Positions 56,737 to 64,000 of a stretch of 64,000 nt of DNA are shown here, piece by piece. This DNA comes from Piromyces finnis finn (taxonomy: Eukaryota > Fungi > Neocallimastigomycota). Both the position numbers and the translations under genes were made by a program. Below the pieces are notes generated by a model, which was not told where the DNA came from, ran no database searches, and worked only from the letters and a program-made list of their open reading frames with translations. Each line of letters starts with the position of its first letter. Within the stretch, counting starts at the first letter, position 1. Location: the NCBI GenBank assembly GCA_002104945.1, contig MCFH01000021.1:744001-808000 (forward strand), read 5' to 3'.

Positions 56737-59595
56737 ATGGATATAATTACAATAATAAGAAATAGTTATAATTGCAGATATTGTAATATATCAGCCTTAG
56801 ATAATTATATAAGGGATAATAAAATTGATTTAAAAGAATTGAATAATGAACGTTCAGACATACTGATCAGTATCCTTCAAATTTTTGAAGAATCAAATTT
56901 TAAAGATGATTATTATTGTTATAAAGTAGTAAAGTTTATTTTAGATCATTGTCAATATAAAACATTAAATTATACTTTTAATTACCGAAGAGAAAACAGA
57001 TTTCATGTTGGTGATGTTCCTCTTTTTTTTGCATTGTCAAGAAATAAGTTAAAGGTTGCTGATCTTTTATTAAGTTACGGTGCAGATATTAATTATACTA
57101 TTAGAAATCACAGACATCATCACATGAATATAATTAGTTATTTATGTTATATGAATTACTATCATGGCTATCCTTTCCATTCTAACATTCTAAGTTATAT
57201 TTTAAATCATGGTTTTGATGTAGAAGAAGTTAATCTACAATTAATGACGTTTCTAATTTCTTTTAATAACCATAATAAATTAGAAACTATTTTTAAACAT
57301 TTTATATATGATACTACCTTTATTTTAAATTTTATTTTCAAATACAAAAATAGAATTCCAATGACTAATCAAGACATTAGTAGTTATATCCTTAAGGCCA
57401 AAAGAAAAATAGAAATTAGAGAATCCATGTATGGTGTTGCATGTTGTACCAATAATTGTGAGGCCGTAAATATTCTTTTAGATTATGATGCTAATATACC
57501 AGATACCCTTATTGATATAGTTGAAAAATATAAATTATTAACTCGTGCCATCAAAAATAATGATCATAATTTAATTAAAAATATTTTGAATAATAAATCA
57601 TTTGATGTTAACAGAATTAATTTTGAAGAATATATCAAAGATATATGTAATTCTTTTTGTAAAGAAAATACGATTGAATGTTTTATTGATATTTTGAAGC
57701 AAAAAAAATATAATTTTACCACTGTTGATTTTGAAAATATTTTATTAGAAGTAAGCAGAAAAAGAAATTTATATTTAATAAAATTAATTCTTAAATTATT
57801 ATTAAATATCAAAAACTTGGATGACCATTGTTTTACTTTGGATAATTCAATTGTTAAAGGTTTTGATCAACATTATTTAGTTTTAATATTAAATGTTGCT
57901 ATAAAAATCAATAGTTTGAATTTGGTTAAATTAATATTAGAAAATGAGGAATTAAAACCTGTAATAGATATAAATAGAACTGATCGAAATAACGAACTTC
58001 CTATTATTGTTTCCTATTATTCTACGAAACAGTTTTCAAAAGGTAGATCCTATCATCCGATAAATATATTTAAATATTTAATAGAAATGGGTGCAAATAT
58101 TAATTTTAAGGATCAAATGAAAACGTCATTACTTATTACAGCAATTCAGGAAAGAGAGTATTTAATTCTTAGTTATTTATTAAAACAAAGCATCCATGTT
58201 AATAAAAGAGATATTGGTTCCTATAGCCATCCACTTATAAAAGCAATAGGCACTAATAATATTGATATTGTTATGTCATACATAGAAAAAGTTTTCTCGG
58301 AAAATAACAAAAAAAATATAGAACATACTGTGGAAAATATTTTTTCTATTACTAGTTGTGATGGTTTCCCTCCATTAATTCTATCCTATTTATTGAATCG
58401 TAAAGAGATAACCGATGTTTTAATGAATAGAATTATGGTAAATACAAAAGATTATTATGGATATAGTCTTATGCACTATGCTATTCTTAAAAGAGATATT
58501 AATACAATCAAAATTTTAATTCACCATCAAGCGGACATCAATAATGATAAGTATACAAATTATGCCTTAGATACTGCCATCAAAATTCAAGATAAAGAAA
58601 TATTTTCAATTTTAATGAATTGTGATGATATTGCTGTAGATCAGCCAAACGAATTTGGTGACACACCTCTATTAACCTTGATTAAAAATCATTTATTACC
58701 AGTGGAAGATAAAAAGGAAATGTTAGAACTATTATTAAAAAAAGAGGATTGTGATATTAATTTCATTGAAAGTAATGACGCCTTTAATAGTGATAATGAA
58801 GAGGAAGGAAATACTACACTAATTTATGCTATTATTGAAGGTCATCTACCAATAATCAAATTATTAATTGATTATGGGGCAGAAATTAATGAAATATACG
58901 ATAATGGAAATTCGCCTATGAAAGCGGCAATTCAGTGCGAATCCATTCCTGTAATAGAATTATTAATTAATAATGGAGCTGATATTCACCTTAAAGATTC
59001 ATATGACGGAACACCATTGATATACGCTATTCTATTAACAAAAAATAAAACCAAAGATATAGTAAATTTATTAATTCAACATCATGCTAAAGTGAATGAA
59101 GAGGATGTTTATAATAAAACACCGTTAATGTATGCAATTGATAATAAATCCTTACCAGTTATTAAACTTTTAGTTGAAAATGGAGCAAATATGAATCATG
59201 ATAATATCATCTTTACAAAAGTCTTTAAAACAAAAGATTTAACTATTATTAAATATTTCATAGAACAAAACATTAGTATTCCTTTCAACAGAATAACAGA
59301 ATGTTATGAAATAATTAATAAATTTCCTATCGATAAAAAAATACCAATATTTAAATGTCTCGTTCAAAATAATTCTGATTTTTTTAGTATTAATGTTTTA
59401 ATAGAAATCATACGAGAAAATCAAATTGAAATTATCAAATTATTAATTGAAAATAATTTTAATTTTAATATTAAAGATGAAAATGAAAAGACACCCTTAG
59501 ATTATGCTATTTTATTTAATCAACAAACCATTGTAAGATATTTGAAAAAATATGAAGAAATGCAATCCATTACTAAAAAAAGAAGAATTTATTAA
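56737..59595 (+). CDS. Intronless ankyrin-repeat protein (952 aa)
   Basis: Track ORF. Ankyrin motifs GDVPLFFAL...LLSYGADIN, GNTTLIYAIIEGHLPIIKLLIDYGAEIN, GTPLIYA, KTPLMYAI and KTPLDYA. Confidence 0.92.
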   Translation: MDIITIIRNSYNCRYCNISALDNYIRDNKIDLKELNNERSDILISILQIFEESNFKDDYYCYKVVKFILDHCQYKTLNYTFNYRRENRFHVGDVPLFFALSRNKLKVADLLLSYGADINYTIRNHRHHHMNIISYLCYMNYYHGYPFHSNILSYILNHGFDVEEVNLQLMTFLISFNNHNKLETIFKHFIYDTTFILNFIFKYKNRIPMTNQDISSYILKAKRKIEIRESMYGVACCTNNCEAVNILLDYDANIPDTLIDIVEKYKLLTRAIKNNDHNLIKNILNNKSFDVNRINFEEYIKDICNSFCKENTIECFIDILKQKKYNFTTVDFENILLEVSRKRNLYLIKLILKLLLNIKNLDDHCFTLDNSIVKGFDQHYLVLILNVAIKINSLNLVKLILENEELKPVIDINRTDRNNELPIIVSYYSTKQFSKGRSYHPINIFKYLIEMGANINFKDQMKTSLLITAIQEREYLILSYLLKQSIHVNKRDIGSYSHPLIKAIGTNNIDIVMSYIEKVFSENNKKNIEHTVENIFSITSCDGFPPLILSYLLNRKEITDVLMNRIMVNTKDYYGYSLMHYAILKRDINTIKILIHHQADINNDKYTNYALDTAIKIQDKEIFSILMNCDDIAVDQPNEFGDTPLLTLIKNHLLPVEDKKEMLELLLKKEDCDINFIESNDAFNSDNEEEGNTTLIYAIIEGHLPIIKLLIDYGAEINEIYDNGNSPMKAAIQCESIPVIELLINNGADIHLKDSYDGTPLIYAILLTKNKTKDIVNLLIQHHAKVNEEDVYNKTPLMYAIDNKSLPVIKLLVENGANMNHDNIIFTKVFKTKDLTIIKYFIEQNISIPFNRITECYEIINKFPIDKKIPIFKCLVQNNSDFFSINVLIEIIRENQIEIIKLLIENNFNFNIKDENEKTPLDYAILFNQQTIVRYLKKYEEMQSITKKRRIY

Positions 59596-61216
59596 AGAAT
59601 TCATAAACAATATTCTTAATATATATATTTTAAATCCTTTTTTTTTTTTTTTTTTTTTTTAATAGTATGTACAAACAACTAATTCAAAATAAATAATTTA
59701 TATTTAATGTAAAGAAATGAAACAAAATATTTTTTCTTTTGATCTATACATTTTTTTTTTTTTTTGATATCACTCGAAATAATATAATAAAAAAAGAGTA
59801 AAATGCAACAATTATTAACTTTTATAATTCCTTTATTATAATTTACACTAAACATACTTTTATAATATTAAATACACTTATTTAAAAAATTATTTATAAT
59901 AAAAGGGATAGGAAAGAAAAGAAAGAAATATAATATATATAATAAATAAGATATGAATAATATGAATGACTATAAAAGTGAGAAATATAAAATTCTTTTT
60001 ATAGGATATTATCCATTTTAAATTTTTATATAAATTAAAATTAATATAATTTAATTAATTAAGGATTTAATTTTTTTAAAGATTTTTCACATGTTAAATA
60101 AATAAAAAATTTTTTTTTTTATTTCTCCATAATTTTCTAAAAATAAACATGTGATAATTTGAAGATTTAAAATATTTAAAAATCAATTTTATAAAGAAAA
60201 GGAGAAGCAGACAGACAAACTCTGATCTATTATTATTAATGGAATAGTAGAACTTGTAAAATGTAACCTTTATCTTTTATGTATAATGAAAGGTGTAAAA
60301 TAAAAAAAAAATAAAAAAGAAATAATAAAATATTCTTTATTATATATATATATATATATATATATTATTCTTATTAATAATGTTATTAGATTATTTAGAA
60401 ATTTGTATAAAGATTTACATATTGTTTATATCTATTTGTATATCTACGTGGTGTATATTTATAAAAAAGGAATAATAAAACAAATCTCTAGTTAGACATC
60501 GATCAATCAATCAATAATACATATTATTATGACTTTCTTTATGTGATTTTATATCATTTTCTATAAAAAAAATATTATTTTATTTCAGATTCTTTGTAAA
60601 TAAGAAAAAAGAAAAAAATAAACTATCATTAATAGAAACCCATTTATTAATAAAAAAGGCTTTCATTAATGTTTCCATAAAGAAATGATTTCCTTTACCC
60701 TTTATTTTTTAAAAAAAAAAAAAAATCTCCAGATTATAAATATTTATTTTTTTTAATATAATACATTTATAGTATGCTGTATTTATATTCATAATATATT
60801 ATAAATTATATATATTATTAATTTATTAAATTAGTTAACATCACAAAAAATATTTAAAATAAGATTCTTTTTTTTTTTTTTTTGTTTTTTAAAATTACCT
60901 AAAGAAAAGAAGAAAAAAATTTAAAAAAAAAAAACTCTATATGAATATAAATCAATTATAATAAAATAAAAAAAAGTAACAAATAACAAATCAATTAAAT
61001 AAATAAAAAAATAATTAATAATAATACAAAAAAAAAAAAAAAAACAAAAAATTAAAAAATTAAAAAACCATTTCAAAATAATTTAAATATATACAATAAA
61101 ATATTTTAAAATTAAATATAGACTTTATATTTAAGATATATTAAATATTCAAATAAGAAACAATAAATAAAAATATAAAACAAATAACAAAGCTATATAC
61201 ATATTTAAAAAAAAAA

Positions 61217-63714
61217 ATGCTATCTGAATTTGTTAATAAATTAACGGGTCTTCCTGTCGATGCATGTGATGCATTCGTTTCTCTTTTCATTGCTATACCT
61301 ATTGGTGCAATTTATAATAAATTATTCTCTTATATTGAAATTAATACCAAAATTCCAAAAAATCAACAAAGATTTTATAGATGTCTTTACTCCATTATTA
61401 CAACTTTGTATTTAATGTGGATGTACCTTGATTGGTTCGGTATTGCAAACATTTTGTTATCAATTATTATTACCTATGGTTTAATTAAAATATTCAAACC
61501 TTCATTTAAGCTTTCCGTCGTTGTTTTTGTTATTAATATAATTCACTTATTATTCTGGTATGTATTATTGGCAATTTTCATGATAATAAATAATATTTTA
61601 ATTCATATTTATGTTAAAAAAAAAACATTTCCATTATATGATATCAATAAATAATATGAATACTATTTATTTATATTTATTTATATATATCTTAATAAAA
61701 ATTTCTTTCTATTCTATTTTAATGGTTATTCTTGTTTAAATATCTAAAGTCATATTCACAGACAATTTGAAACTGTAGAAAAATTTGATTTTACTTCACC
61801 ATTTATGTGTTTAGTTATTAAATTAACTTTATATGCTTGGTCTCGTTATGACGGAACCCAAAAAGAAGAAGTAAGAATTTATAGTGATTTAAATAAATAA
61901 ACAAACAAACAAACAAAAAAAAAATAAAATTTTTTTTGTAATATATATGATACAAAAAAATTTAAATCGAATTTATAAAGATAATATTAATAATAAATTC
62001 ATAGGTGCATATTAATAACATTTTATACTAAAATTTAATATTTCAATTTTTTTTATAAAGGATTTATTCAATGCCTATCAAAAGAAGGCTTGTATTAAAA
62101 AAGAACCAACATTCTTCGAATTTTTAGCTTATACCTTATTCTTCCCTGGTTTCTTTACCGGTCCAGCATGTGACTACTATGAATTTGAAGAAATTTTAAA
62201 TAAAAGTGTATTTATTATTTTAAATAAATTATATTTATAAAATATTGATATATAGTATAATATATAGGATATATACAATAATGCATAGTATGAACAATAT
62301 TAACAGATAATTTATAATTTTTATCTATTTTTCTTAATTAAAATTCAAAATTTTAAATAGTACGCAGAAGAAAAAGAAAAGGAAGGTCAAATGGATGCAG
62401 TTAAATCAAAGTTACTTAAAGGATTAATATACACTGTAATTTATGTTTCATTTGGCGGTTTCACTTATCAATATCTTATTTCTGAAGAAGGTTTATCCAA
62501 ACCATTCCTTTACAGGTAAAAACAATTACATGTATTTCCATTGTATTACCCTATCTATAAAAAATATTTTAAACATTACAAAAAAAAAAAAAAATGTTCA
62601 TTTGAAATTATTAATTTTAATATTTTTATTTTATTATATTTTATATATTCAGATTAATTTATTTAACTATCACTTCTGTCGCTCACCGTTTCAAATTCTA
62701 TTTAGCATGGACTCTTGCTGAAGCATCTTACAATTTAATTGGTATTGGTTATAATGGTGTATCTAAAGGAAAACCATTGTGGTAAGTAAATTATATATGT
62801 ATAGTTTCTTTTTATTTATCTCTATAACTATAACAATAGTTTGATACAATTATATTATCATTTAATTTTTGAACCAGTAACAAAACAGACCAAAATTAAA
62901 AAAAAAAATATAAAAATTATTATTTAATATATGTTAACTATTTTCGAAATTTAACATTTAATAATTTTATTTTTATATCTAAAAATATTAAAGGAATGGT
63001 ATTATTAATGCCAGTATAAAATTAGAATTATCAGAAAATATGAATAGTATGGTTAATCATTGGAATATAAGAACTACTCTTTGGTTACGTCATACTATTT
63101 ATGATCGTATTAATAAATATTTAGGAAAAACTAGTTCTCTTATTGGTATTTATGTTGTAGATATTACTTCTGCTATTTGGCATGGTACTTACTCTGGTTA
63201 TTTCTTAGCCTTTGTTTCTGTTGCTTCTTACAACACCATTGTTAAAAGTTTCCGTAAATCAGTATCTCCATTCATTCACGAAAAACACGCTCCACTTCAT
63301 AAATTCAAACCTATCTATGACATTTTAGGTATTATAGTAACTCAATGTATTATGAATTTCACTTTTGCTCCATTTATTCTTCTTACTATTGGTGACAGTA
63401 TAAAACTTTGGAAGAGTTTCTACTTCTTTGTTATTATTATTATGTTTATTGCTTTCTTAATCTTAAAACCTCTCGGACTTGAAAAATATCTTTTCCAAAA
63501 ACAAATTGAAATTTTAAAAATTAATCCCTACAAAAAACATAGTAAACCAATAAAATCAGAAACTTCTGCCACTATAAATCCATCCAATGAAGAAAATGAA
63601 AAAATTGCCGCCGAATCTTCAAAGGAAAAAGAAGAATTAGTAAAGAATGAATCCTCCTCTCTTCTTGAAAATACCGAAAATACAATGAATTTAGAAACTA
63701 AAAAAACAGAATAA
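61217..63714 (+). CDS. ALE1: MBOAT-family lysophospholipid acyltransferase, Ale1/LPCAT-like, multi-exon
   Basis: FDFTSPFMCLVIKLT...WSRYDG, PTFFEFLAYTLFFPGFFTGPACDYYEF, RFKFYLAWTLAEASYNLIGIGYNG, NHWNIRTTLWLRHTIYDR and SAIWHGTYSGYFLAF (catalytic Asn and His of MBOATs). Confidence 0.9.
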
Positions 63715-63958
63715 AAGGGGGGGGGGAAAGTTTTTCAGTTAAAAAGGGAATATATAATAATTATTATTAATTTATTCACATTTATACTTTTATTATGCAC
63801 ACTATATATTCATGATAGAATTAATATAAAAAAAAAAAAAAAATCTTTTTAATAACAATATTTAATATTTATATATATTATTTATATTCATATAAAATCA
63901 AATAACTCTCATCCTAACTAAAGATTAGTATTATTAGATTTTTTTTTTAACTAATTTT

Positions 63959-63995
<37 letters not shown>

Positions 63996-64000
63996 AATGA

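Overview
Extremely AT-rich, intron-rich eukaryotic DNA. Composition, short GT-AG introns, flagellar genes, Asn-rich proteins and intronless ankyrin genes point to an anaerobic gut fungus (Neocallimastigomycota); this taxon call is inference. I can support about 17 protein-coding genes: a partial FMP42/SLC43-like MFS transporter, a disordered protein with a C-terminal WD40-like domain (possibly PALB2-like), ZSWIM2, a U1A/U2B''-family snRNP protein, TMEM128-like, NPHP1, two ankyrin proteins, CCDC40, an Arg/Asp-rich orphan, SMPD4, BET3, PheRS alpha (FRS2), importin-4 (KAP123), a small repeat-motif orphan, a secreted HEXXH peptidase-like protein and an ALE1-like MBOAT. One further minus-strand gene is weakly supported. 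The clearest unexplained structure is three 5'-truncated LINE-type insertions, each with a poly(A) tail and its own target-site duplication. Two of them, from different subfamilies, sit 7 bp apart on the two arms of an 8-bp inverted repeat. The related copies show almost exclusively C:G-to-T:A decay. No rRNA, tRNA or CRISPR array was seen. Exon boundaries were read by eye and family calls come from remembered motifs, not database searches.
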